Shown here: one piece after another, positions 41,164 to 51,873 of the stretch
How positions within the stretch are numbered: the stretch's first letter is position 1
Layout of the letters: every line of letters begins with the position of its first letter
NCBI RefSeq assembly: GCF_037042905.1
Contig: NC_087252.1
Location: 3,412,001-3,476,000, forward strand
DNA: 64,000 bases
Origin: Lytechinus pictus
Taxonomy: Eukaryota
Reading direction: 5' to 3'
The notes under the pieces: generated by a model
Seen by the model: only the letters and a program-made list of their open reading frames with translations
Told to the model about the DNA's origin: nothing
Database searches by the model: none
Made by a program: the position numbers and the translations under genes

Positions 41164-41562
41164 CCGCCGTTTTTCTGGCTGTGTTTGTGTCGTGACATCT
41201 TTATGAAGGGGTGTCTGTGCTTGTGGGCTCAGTCTTCTTCGTTTCTTCCGAAGAAATGGCGAAGCATAGCTGGTCACTTTCACTTTCCTCCCCAGGTAAA
41301 CATTGATTCTACTAATTTTCTTTAATTTGGATTTATTTTCAATTACATTTGAATTGCTTTCAGATAATTTTGAAATTATTCTGCAACATCTGTCGCAAAT
41401 GAATTTTTTTGATTTTTGATCTGGTGTCACTTTAATTCCCAATGATTCGACAGCGTCAGCAGTGGTGTAATCACGGTGATCCAATTTTGCATTCAAAGAT
41501 CTTCTTTTATTAGGATGATTATTCAAATTACGGTCACAATTACAACACCAGTAGTCAGCCAT
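41164..41562 (-). pseudogene. First exon of a probable Academ transposase (ZAD-like CxxC...CxxC N-terminus)
   Basis: MADYWCCNC...FICDRC..., basic NLS-like RKKRRR, GTAAGT donor at 41163; lies near the right end of the Academ element. Confidence 0.55.
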
Positions 41563-43197
41563 AATTACTAAAATGAATTAATGAATCAAATAAAATTACC
41601 ACCAGCAATCAGCACACCTAACGTTATACATGGCAATATACGAATAAAATAATACGATACGATACACTACACGAAGATAAACGATACTAGTTATAATCGC
41701 GATAAATCGAGACATGAAAAAGTTAATAACGATAATGACGTCATTCAAGATGGCAACTTGCAAGAAAAACCGTCAGGTCAGGTGAAAATGTCTTAGATGA
41801 CAGATTTCTCAATCATCCAGAGGATTTTTTTCAATAACTCCGGCCCAAGGTATGCAATTAGCTTAAGTTATCTATATTACACTGATAATGGAAACCATGA
41901 AAATGTCAATTTTGCCTAAAAAAAGTTTTAAATCGCGATCTATAAAACGCTAGTTCACTATACGTTGGCTGTAGCCAGGGGCCCCCTCCGCTTCAGTCTA
42001 TGTATGGTGAGTGAGCCAACGCAGTTCAGCGGAACAACCAAAATACAGAGACTGAAGCTTTTGGTCTACGGCTCATGGAGATATGGCTGTGGGACCCGAG
42101 GACGAGGTGCTACCGGTACTTCCCCGCCTGCAGGACGGGGGACTTCTGCATCGACGACGCCTTCCTCTCCGATTTCCCCACCATCGTCACTTGTTGAAGT
42201 AACATCTTCCCAAGAATCCCAGCTTCCATTTTCGTCCTCGTCCGTGCTCTCGTCTCTTTCATCACCTTCAAGTTCATCATCTTCGTCTTCAACAAAGTCT
42301 TCAAAATCCATGTAAAGGCCCAACTCATCACTATCTTCGGCCATTCTTCTACTTTCTTTGTCAACAAATATCGAGTACCAACAAAGCTAATGACTTGTAT
42401 TATTAGAAATATAAAGCCAATTCGAAATATGCTATACCGTACCGGTACGTACGTACGTAAACAAATGTAAAAAATAGAGACAAACTTGAAAGCCGCGCGC
42501 TAGCTAGCTGTGTGTGTGGTGTGTATTGTATAGGCGTGCAGCGCGCGCAGAGCTGAGCTAGCCGCCGGATCTATTTTCCAGCTACTCACTTGATGGAACA
42601 TCGTGATAAAATAAATGAGAAATAGTGAAAATATCATTCAATAACTCACTGTTTGCAATCTTACATCATGATTTAAGAGTTCATGATATTCATTCATACT
42701 ATTATTTAGACAGGGAAAGTAAAGATTTGTACATATGATTCCTATTTCTTTGATTTGAGTTGCTTTGAAAAAAAATTGTAAAATCATTTTTCTCTCTCTG
42801 CATAGCATTTCTGTATTACATCCGGGCACCTCTCATACTAAATTATACAAAGTTCCCCCCGGTGACGTCACACTCAGATTGATTTTTCTGTACACTCGTC
42901 TCTCGGGCTCTGACAGGTGGCTAATTTCATAGACTTTCAAAGCAAAATATCGAGAAGGCAGAGGATTTTTGTGACATGCTATCTGTTTGAACAACTTATA
43001 TATACTATATATTGTGTGTGGAACCCATTTTTATGGAAACTCATCCCCTTCTTAATTCAACTTTAAAAAAAAAAAAATCCAAAATTTCACCTATAATACC
43101 CATTTTCCCAGGATGGCCCACATATTTAAACAAATGAACATCAAAGACATATTCTTCAAATGACACACTTGGTCCAAAGCATGAATAATTTCACTTT

Positions 43198-44970
43198 TTA
43201 TACTCTTGAAAGAGCATCAGCAATTACATTATTCTTTCCCTTTATGTGTAAATTTTTCAAAGGGAATGGTTGGAGCATAAGGCTCCATCTATACAGTTGT
43301 TGATTCTTTGTTTTGAATTTCTCCAAAAACCCAAGAGGATTGTGGTCTGTATAGACTGTAATCTCTCCATTGGTTAGATACACCTCAAACTGCTGAAGGG
43401 CTAGTACGAGACTCAGGGTCTCTTTTTCAATAGTTGAGTACTTCTTCTGAAACCGATTGAGTTTCTTAAAGAAGTAGCACACTGGTTTTTCGATGCCTTC
43501 TTCATCTTCTTGGAGCAATACTGCTCCTACTCCAACATTACATGCATCAATAGCTACTTTGAACGGCTTTGTGAAGTTTGGAGCTGCCAAAACAGTCTCA
43601 TTTACCAAAATGGCCTTTAATTTCTCAGATGATCTCTGACATTCGTCAGACCAAACATATTTCACTTTTGCCTTCAGCAGGTTTGTCAGAGGGCTATCCA
43701 CTGTACTGTAATTTGGAACAAATTTCCTGTAGAAGCCACTCGTACCTAAGAATCTAAGCAATTCTTTCTTAGTTGTGGGAATTGTGAAGTCTAAGATAGC
43801 TTGTATCTTGGCTTCTCTTGGTAGCACTTGCCCTTGACCAACCACATGACCAAGATATGCGACCTTTGCCTTGGCAAATTCACTCTTCATCAGATTCACT
43901 ACTAGGTTGGCTATATCAAGCCTGTCAAACAGTGCTCTTAAATGATCTAGATGATCATTCCAAGTATCACTGTACACTAGGATGTCATCTATGTACACGA
44001 CACAATTGTCAAGCCCAGCAATCACTTGATTTGTTAATCTTTGGAAAGTTGCTGGTGCATTTTTCATTCCAAAAGGCACGACTTTGCATTGAAATAAGCC
44101 TTCGGGTGTAACAAAGGCTGATATCTCTTTGGCTCGGTCAGTCAGTGGCACTTGCCAATATCCTTTAAGCAAGTCTATCTTTGTGATATAGGCAGAATTT
44201 CCAACTCTATCAATACAATCTTCTAACCTAGGAATTGGATACGAGTCAGTCTTAGTTACTGCATTTACCTTTCGGTAATCAATGCAAAATCTCTGAGAGC
44301 CGTCTGGCTTTGGAACAATTGGAATAGGAGAATCTAACATTATCTAACATAAAATGTATTTCCTTATTCACCATTTCCAACTTGCTTGGACTGAGCCTAT
44401 AAGGATTCTGTTTGATAGGTCTTACATCACCTACGTCTACATCATGTACAGTTAAAGGTGTACGCCCTGGTGTGTCTTTACACACATTCTCATATTCTCT
44501 AAACAGGCCAGATATAGCAATTCTTTGATCTTCAGGCAGGTGTTTTGATGCCTCATCCATATTTCTAGCATCTCTGAGTTAGACAACTTTACACCACATG
44601 GTTCATTCTTAGATACATCTTTATAAGACAATTCATTATCTGTCTTTCCATAGCATTTTTCTTCATCTACATTTACACGTTTCTTGTCTTCTTTGACCTG
44701 TGTTGAACCTATTTGCTGACTAGCCTCTCGCTCAAAATATTCGTTCAACATGTTTACATGACAAACTCTTTGAGACTTTCTTCGATCAGGGGTACTGATC
44801 AAATAGTTGACATCATTCAGTTTCCTTTTGACTATGTAGGGACCACTAAACCTAGCTTTCAATGGCTCACCTTGCAAAGGCAACAACACTAATACTTTGT
44901 CTCCAGGCTTGAAACTTCGCTCTTTTGCATTTTTGTCAGCTTTAGCTTTCATTTTTCCTTGCGACACTTT
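43198..44970 (-). pseudogene. pol: Gypsy element A pol, 3' part: integrase GPY/F tail, RT, RNase H (frameshifted)
   Basis: ARFSGPY; PIKQNPYR; FCIDYRKVN, KIDLLKGYWQ, PFGMKNAPATFQ, YIDD, YSTIEKE, TDHNPL, NVIADALSR. Confidence 0.92.
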
Positions 44971-45438
44971 CACAATTGGCGCCTCACTCGTGCGATAATT
45001 TTTTTTTTCGAAAATATTTGTTCCGTCCTGTTGTAGAAGTGTTGTCTTTGAGTCGCAAGCAATATATAAAATCGTACGAGAGGTGAACGACCACTGCACC
45101 AGGATACATCAGTCGTGAGACGTAATCGTGCGATTATTTTCATGTTTCCGGGTGCAACAGTCGTACAACGGTTGCAACGGTTGAACGATGATGCGACCAA
45201 GTCGTACGACATATGCGTTTTGTAGCGCCATATGTCGCGCGACCTAGCGACCCGTTGTACGACTACTACAACCGATCGTACAAGGCTACGACCCATTGTG
45301 CGACACACCGCACCACCTGTCGCGCGAGGTGTTGGCCTATAAATACGACACGCGATGCGACTTTCTTCATTACAACCGCTGATGCCTGACGAGACGCTGC
45401 TACAGTGAACAAGACACAACCAAAATACAAGCATCGGC

Positions 45439-46457
45439 ATGGCCCCAAAGAAGTCAAGGAAAAAGAGGAAAAATCAGCCTGATGAGGAGGAAGGGCCCCA
45501 GCCTATACCCGTGGCCGAGGAGAAAGCTACTGCTTCTGTCATAGCTGGTGATGAGGGTGATGAATTTGGTGAAGCCCAGACCGAGGATGATGAAATGCTG
45601 CAGGAAGGGGGCCAAGATCCACCAGCCGCCGCCAGTGATGAGAACAACGTGACAGATGGCCATGCTACCTGCGGTATCACCAAAGCCATGGAGCAGGAGC
45701 TGGCGAAGTTTTTCGCTGACAATGAGTTCATCTACGACAAGAGCAAGGTGGACTTCAAAAACTCTAAGAAGAAGGAGCGCAAGTACATGGAGATGGCGGA
45801 AAAGCTGGGAGTCACCGGTAAGTAGTAGCTGAAAAATATGCACATTCCGATTTATTGATGATGTTTATTAGTTAAACATGCCAATTTTTTGGATGTTGAC
45901 TAATTTCTTGCTTCTACATTTTGTATATTTTCAGTGGCCGACATCAGACTATGGTATAAAAGCCAGAGGACCATCCTGGGGAAGATGAAGACCGCTGGAA
46001 AGAAGAGTGGTCAGAAGGCCATCGTCCTTACCCCCAGGCAGAGATGGGTCAATAACAACCTTGGTTTTCTGACGAAGCACATAGTCCATCGGTCACAGGG
46101 CTGACAACTGACAACCGCTACCAGGATCGGGCGGACCACCTTTCCACCACCCCAGTATCTCGCCCCAGCACTCCCCAGATGATCCAGCCACTCAGGCCTC
46201 AGTCAGCGCCGATCGGCTTCACCCAGGACGCTCCACCAAGCAGCACCTGGACCCCTCAGAACCCTCAGGGAGGATTTCAGCAGCCCAATTTACAGGCCCC
46301 CTTCCAGCAGCAGCGTGCCCCCTTCCAGCAGCAGCACCCCCACTTCCAGCAAAAACAGCAGGCCCCCTTTCAGCAGCAGCAGCAAGGAGGCAGCAACAGC
46401 GCCAACACATCAATAATCACCCAGTTGAACTTGTCAGATGAAGAAGATGAACAGTGA
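45439..46457 (+). pseudogene. Harbinger Myb/SANT (MADF-like) DNA-binding protein
   Basis: Exon 45439-45817, intron GT45818..AG45934: FFADNEFIYDKSKVDFKN..MAEKLGVT|VADIRLWYKSQRTILGK..KSGQ..LTPRQRWV; stop at 46104, Gln-rich tail beyond it suggests an internal deletion. Confidence 0.8.
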
Positions 46458-46828
46458 ACTTTTGTTAGGATTGTTTTTATTGTTACTTGACGAACTCTCT
46501 CAACTCAAATTATAATTTGACTATTTTGGAACGTTTATTTCAAACTTTTTTAAACATTTACTCGGTGAATAGAATTCATTTTCGTTAACAAAATGTCTTG
46601 GAAAAATATATAATTTTTAAAACAACATGATTAATTTGTTATATCTGTACATCTTTTTTATTCTCATAAATCACATTTTTTCAAACATGTTCTCCTTCAT
46701 TATTTTATTTCAAACACATGTTATTAAGGAGAGTTAACTTTTTAAATTTCAAACTACCTTTCGATGTAAAAGTAATGTATGTTTAAAATAACTGTTGACA
46801 TGGTCATTCATTTCTACTTTGAAATGAT

Positions 46829-48190
46829 TCATTCCACAAAATCAGTCTGTGCTGTATCCCAAGTACATGTAGTGCGCCAAGTGGCAGTGTATATCATGTG
46901 TTGTTGCCAGGGCAGGCTTCCAACTGGACTGTTGTAGTAGTGCTTCAGGTAAGTTCTCAGCTTCTTGCCCTCTTTGTTTGCCTGGTAGCCTCCGCCAACT
47001 CGTTCAACATCCTGCAGAACTGCTGCGTTTCTCCATGCCCCAGGGATGTGGTTGCCCAACTCATCTTCATGGTCAACGTCAATGTTCTGAAGCCCAGGAA
47101 AACGATCTCTCATTAGGTTGTGGAGGCACATGCAGGCCATAATGACTGTCCTGGCTTTTTCTGGATCAAGATGTAGGGTACTCAACAAGCATCTCCAGCG
47201 ATGGGCAAGGATGCCAAAGCTGTTCTCCACCACACGGCGAGCCCTCGAGAGACGGTAGTTGAAGATTATCTTCTCGTCGGTCTGCTCACGGTTGGAGTAC
47301 GGCTTCTGCATCCATGTCCTGAGAGGGAAGGCGTCGTCCCCAATTAAGAAGTAAGGGGTGTCTCGGTCATTATCTGGCAGGGGCTCTGGATCTGGCAGGC
47401 CAAGAGTACCATTCTCCAGTCCACGTCTCAGCGGGCTGTGGTTGAAGACCTGGGCATCCGATGATGAACCGGGATTACCAACGTCAGCCCAGAGGAACTT
47501 GTAATTGCCATCAACTAGGGCCAAGAGGATGAGGCTGTATAAACCCTTGTAGTTGTAGTAGATCGTACCAGAGCCTGGTGGATTTCTGATGGCCACGTGT
47601 TTTCCATCCAAGGCTCCGCAGACATGATGAAAGTTCCATCTGTCAGCGTAAGTCCGTGCCACTTCTCTCCATTCATCTGGGGTAGTTGGACAGGAAAATA
47701 CTTCATCTTGGTATTAACTGATGATGGCTTGGCACACCTCTGGTATAAACAGAGAGATGGTATTATGGGCAACACGGAAGGCATACTGCAGGGTTTTGTA
47801 GCTGTTGCCGGTCGCAAGATATCTCAAGGTGATGGCCAGTTTGAGCCCAGGATCCAGTGGCTGCCGGTAGCGATAGGACTTCTCTATCCTCGGAGTGATG
47901 CGCTGCAACAGTTCAAGGAACGTTTCTGGTGGCATCCTCATGTAGTTCAGGAAGTAACCCTGACATTCTCTCTGCAACTCCGTCATCAGATTATCATACT
48001 GTCCAAACAGCACACGTCTCTCAATCCAGGGTTTGACCCACCACCTTCTTCTTTGCCTTGCATGTCTTTGACGTCTACGGATGAGTAAGGCCATCAATAT
48101 GACATGTCTGTCTTGAACGTTTTGGATTTGCCTTCTCAGACTTAGCAAATGCAAGAGCCTCCCGGGAGCTATTGGTCGAGCAGCAGCCAT
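46829..48190 (-). pseudogene. Harbinger (HARBI1-like) DDE transposase with one frameshift
   Basis: WWVKPW, NYMRM, KLAITLRYLATG; GALDGKH, YYNYKG, IGDDAFPL, FNYRLSRARRVVENSFGIL, CLHN; frameshift near 47700. Confidence 0.92.
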
Positions 48191-48657
48191 GTTTACAGTC
48201 TGGATGGTCCAGACATTTGGGATGAAAGCTCAGGAGTTCTCGAGCTTATATTGGGGGTGAAAAAAAATCGCACAACGTTGCAAAGGGGGCAAGACAGGTC
48301 TTCCAATAGTATTAGGGTGGTACAACTGACTCGTACGACAGGATGCATCATCGTACGACATGAAAATAATCGTGCAACACTCGTTCGGGGTCTTACGAGT
48401 GCGTGCAAAGTCGCACAACACTCGTACTGCCTGTCGTGCAATTATTCTTCATCGCGTCAGTCGCTCAAAATATCGGAGCAGCACGGTTTTTTTTCCCGAC
48501 CGAGATGCGACCATTTTGTCGCATCTGGATCGTACAATAAGTGGTACAACGGCTACAACGAGTCGTACAACGGGAAAATTTTCGAGTCGCAAGCCGTTGT
48601 AGTCTGTTTGGCAACAATTGTGAAAGGGGCTTTAGCCACATCACAAGCTTTTGAGAG

Positions 48658-50049
48658 TGTTAAGAATTCAACCTTCTTCCCCTATGCTATCCCCTATTGT
48701 TATGCACAATTAAGTCCTGGGACTGAATAAACCATTGTTCGGCTCCAGTCCACTCTCCCTGGCTTAACAGGTGGAACATTTTTGCATTGGGTGCGTTGCC
48801 TTACCAAGCACTTAGGCTTCACTATCTGCTCAGAAGTCAAACAGGGAGGACCTATGGGTCAATTCTTGGTTCAGAAATGTTATTGGAAAATTGAAGTTTT
48901 AAACTGAATTTAGGGCAGATAGCGCTGCATTTTTCGTTTCAAGCATCAAGAACATTACTGTTGAGATTTGAGGCCTTCCTGATGATTTCCTGCCTTTAGT
49001 CACAGACGTCAAACTGTAAGTGAAAATGATTTTGATTCATTTTGTATTTTGAATGTGTCTTTGAGAAAGTCAAGGTCATTAAAAGGACCATTGAATTTTA
49101 TATTAAAAAAAAAAGTGCTAGTTTATAAATTTAATTAATGTCATGTTAATTAATAATTTATATGAAGAAGTTGAGTTATTCCAGAACACAGATTCATTAA
49201 CTTTTAAATCTCAGACATCAGAAAGGATTTTGTAAAAGAAATGCCTTTAGGAAGGAGTCATTTTTGTGTTATATATGTGAAACATTTTGAGGACTGATCA
49301 TGCTTATTAATCAGTTGTGAAATTGCAAATGAGTATTTTTGAAGATTGGAAGATATTCCTTTGAATACATGAATTAATCTAGGGAATAACATATATGAAT
49401 ATTGTGAAGATTTAAAGATATTATTCCTTAAAATATTTATAGTTTACCAGAATTAATCTAGGGAAGTATATATATGAATATTGTGAAGATTTAAAGATAT
49501 CACTATTCCTGAGATTATTTATAGTTTGGGTAATGTTTGTTTTTAGATGGGTTCCGATTCCAATTCCACTGGTCGTTCCACTGGTTGTTCCAATTCTGGT
49601 TCTGAGTTTGGTTCCAACCGCCGTTCCAGTAGCCGTTCCGGTCCCACTCCCGGCTCCGGCTCCACCATGATTATGACTGTCAAATCCCGCTATGGACAAG
49701 ACTTGTAAAGAGAGTCAGAGGGAAGACAGATCCATCTTCGAATGATGTAACTGTTTAACGATTCGTCAGTATCGATTAATATTGAACTGGAGTGATTATA
49801 TCACCGTATAAAGTGGGTTACCTTGTTTGTTCTTCCAAAGACAATATTTCATATGTTATTTGTACTCTGAAACAACGCCATTGAATCATTGTTCTACAAG
49901 AACCTGAATACAGTTTTAATAAATTCTTTGAACTGTATTTTTATTGTTCATGTAATTATTTCATTTTTATGTCCTCTTGAGTTACTTGGGTGTGACAATT
50001 GGTTGCGAGAATTGATTGTATGTCCTCTTGGGTTGACTCGGGTGTGACA
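48658..50049 (+). repeat. 5' LTR of element B
   Basis: Direct repeat of 55414-56806; about two dozen differences counted by eye (~98% identity). Confidence 0.95.
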
Positions 50050-50051
50050 GT

Positions 50052-50090
50052 TGGGGGCTTGTCCGGGAGTCGAACCCGGGACCTCTCGCA
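50052..50090 (+). promoter_or_regulatory. Primer-binding site, tRNA-Pro (extended, 39 nt)
   Basis: TGGGGGCTTGTCCGGGAGTCGAACCCGGGACCTCTCGCA starts 2 nt after the LTR; reverse complement of the tRNA-Pro 3' half. Confidence 0.9.
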
Positions 50091-50751
50091 AAAATACTTT
50101 GGATATTATGAGGTTGACCTCTCGCAAATTTACTTTGGATATTATGAGGTTGACCTCTCGCAAAATTACTTTGGATATTAAAAGGTTTAACTTTTGCAAA
50201 ATTGTTCGGATATCAGGTTTACCTCTTGCAGATTAATTTGGATATTATATCATGATATTTACCTCTTGCAAAATTGAGTTTGCCGTTTTGTAATGTTTAC
50301 CTCTCATGGAATATGTTTTCCTCTAAGTTAATACTTCTTGCATAGAAAAGATTTTCCTTTAGTGGAATATAATCTTTTGATTGTTTTCCTATTGCAAAGT
50401 GTTTAAATACTCTTAGGAAATATTAGGATTGCTTAAAATGTTTAATATGTGTTGAATACTATACACGCATCATTGGATAAGTTATAGAATGTTTTCATAT
50501 ATGAATAACTTTGACCTTACATGATATGCTACTTCTCTTCCATGGTTTATTGTTCTCTGTATACAGTTGGAATATTTGTGATTCTGTGCTACAGGACAGG
50601 AATCAGAGGCAAGTCTTCAAGTCGGCAGAAGGTGTTCTTGATTCTTTGGTAAGAATAACAATTCTGCATGTGCGCGTTTTGGAAAGGTTTATTCTCTTAC
50701 GTAGAGATATCAATTATCGATACCATAGTCCTGCCTGGTTGAGTTCTCATT

Positions 50752-51693
50752 ATGGATGTTATGGATGAAAAATTTGTTAACTTGGGTAAGGAGTTAGGTT
50801 TAGCAGGTGAAGACTTGTTCGAATTCATTAAGGATAGGGAACAAAAGGCACGAGAAGAAAGAGCAGCTGTTAGGGAAGATAGGAAACAAGAAATTGAGTT
50901 AAAGAAACAGGAATTTGAGTTGAAGAAATTAGAGGAAAATATTCTAGATAAACAGATAGTTCTTGAGCAGGCTAAGAAAGGCAATGAATCTCAGTTAGGA
51001 GATATTAGGAATGGAACCCATAGTTTGACAAAAATCCCAAAGTTACGTCACTTTGATGAAAGTAGAGACAACATAGACGCATACTTAGAGCGTTTTGAAC
51101 GATACGCTAACAGTCAGAGATGGCCAACAGATTGTTGGGCTATTAATTTAGGTGCACTTCTACAAGGGAAGGCTTTGAAGGTCTACAGTAGACTGGCACC
51201 AGATGAAGCTGCTAATTATTCTACTCTCAAGGACGCCCTCCTTCGTAGATATCAGATATCTGCAGATGACTTCCGAAAGAAGTTCTACAGAGCAACGCCA
51301 GAGACAGGAGAGTCTGCTGGTCAGTTTATGGCAAGGTTAGAACACTACTTCGAAACATGGGTAGATCTTACAGACACAGATAAATCATTTGAGGGATTGA
51401 AAGATTTGATAATTAGACAGCAGTTTCTTGAGCAGATTAATCCAGGATTAGCTATTTATTTGAGAGAGCGTACTCCCCAGACTACTAGGGATATGGCTGA
51501 TGCTGCTCAGATTTATATTTCAGCACACGGTGGTCATTTCAAGGGTCCCAGAAAGGACATCAAAGTAATGACACCTCATAAGTCTGAAAACAAGAGTGAA
51601 GCTTTTCATAAGGAAAAGCCTAAGAGTCGAAAGCCAATTGGGCCATGTTATTTGTGTGACCAAATGGGTCATCTTGCAAGAAATTGTAAGTAA
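50752..51693 (+). CDS. gag: Gag (capsid/SCAN-like region and CCHC zinc knuckle), element B
   Basis: IDAYLERFERYA..W..LLQGKA..Y..LKDALLRRY; CYLCDQMGHLARNC; the stop is probably premature. Confidence 0.88.
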   Translation: MDVMDEKFVNLGKELGLAGEDLFEFIKDREQKAREERAAVREDRKQEIELKKQEFELKKLEENILDKQIVLEQAKKGNESQLGDIRNGTHSLTKIPKLRHFDESRDNIDAYLERFERYANSQRWPTDCWAINLGALLQGKALKVYSRLAPDEAANYSTLKDALLRRYQISADDFRKKFYRATPETGESAGQFMARLEHYFETWVDLTDTDKSFEGLKDLIIRQQFLEQINPGLAIYLRERTPQTTRDMADAAQIYISAHGGHFKGPRKDIKVMTPHKSENKSEAFHKEKPKSRKPIGPCYLCDQMGHLARNCK

Positions 51694-51873
51694 AGTTCTA
51701 AACCAAAACCTGAGAAGGGTGGAAGTTTTGTAGATATAGGTACCAAGACCTATAAACAGAGAAAGTCTTCAGTTAAGACTAAATCTCATGATGGAGATAA
51801 TGAGGCGAGTAGAGACTTATGTCTTTCATGTCCTACATGTTCTTCTCCCAAAGTTTTAGATGCTGACAATAGC

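Larger units (their letters stand above)
36723..42068. mobile_element. AcademH-like DNA transposon (internally deleted)
   Basis: Perfect 9-bp TSD CGGCTCATG (36714-36722 and 42069-42077); TAGAC...GTCTA termini; convergent helicase and CxxC-protein first exons. Confidence 0.8.
34439..42344 (-). pseudogene. KolX-like / P2X7 cytoplasmic-ballast-like Cys-rich protein (~255 aa when reconstructed), disrupted by an insertion
   Basis: Exon 1 = 42344-42069 plus 36713-36628, then exons 35195-34959 and 34607-34439: acidic N-terminus, PYLHEP, WCLCGGHC, CLCCREV, CLT, KYRYVAYRKVVRWCWGYLGKDIRVQIPAC..YP..YRG. Confidence 0.8.
26831..43062. mobile_element. Kolobok DNA transposon (right portion), with nested insertions
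   Basis: Convergent transposase (+) and KolX (-) genes; candidate right end ...TTAATTCAACT|TTAA (AG terminus, TTAA target). Confidence 0.6.
44967..48631. mobile_element. PIF/Harbinger DNA transposon
   Basis: Right TIR CAATTGTGAAAGGGGCT|TTA; left remnant CTTTCACAATTG; convergent Myb/SANT and DDE genes; TCGTAC/GTACGA subterminal motifs. Confidence 0.9.

Noticed and set aside
43043..43056. AAGAAGGGGA-TG as the PPT/LTR start of Gypsy A
   Set aside because: The adjoining sequence leads to the KolX start and resembles Kolobok subterminal DNA; a Kolobok end is preferred, though this reading is not excluded
49421..49699. Gly/Thr-rich antisense ORF in both LTRs
   Set aside because: Product of a 6-bp periodic GTTCC tract; no evidence of coding
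50052..50090. tRNA-Pro gene on the minus strand
   Set aside because: Only the 3' half is present, it includes CCA and it abuts the LTR, so it is a PBS
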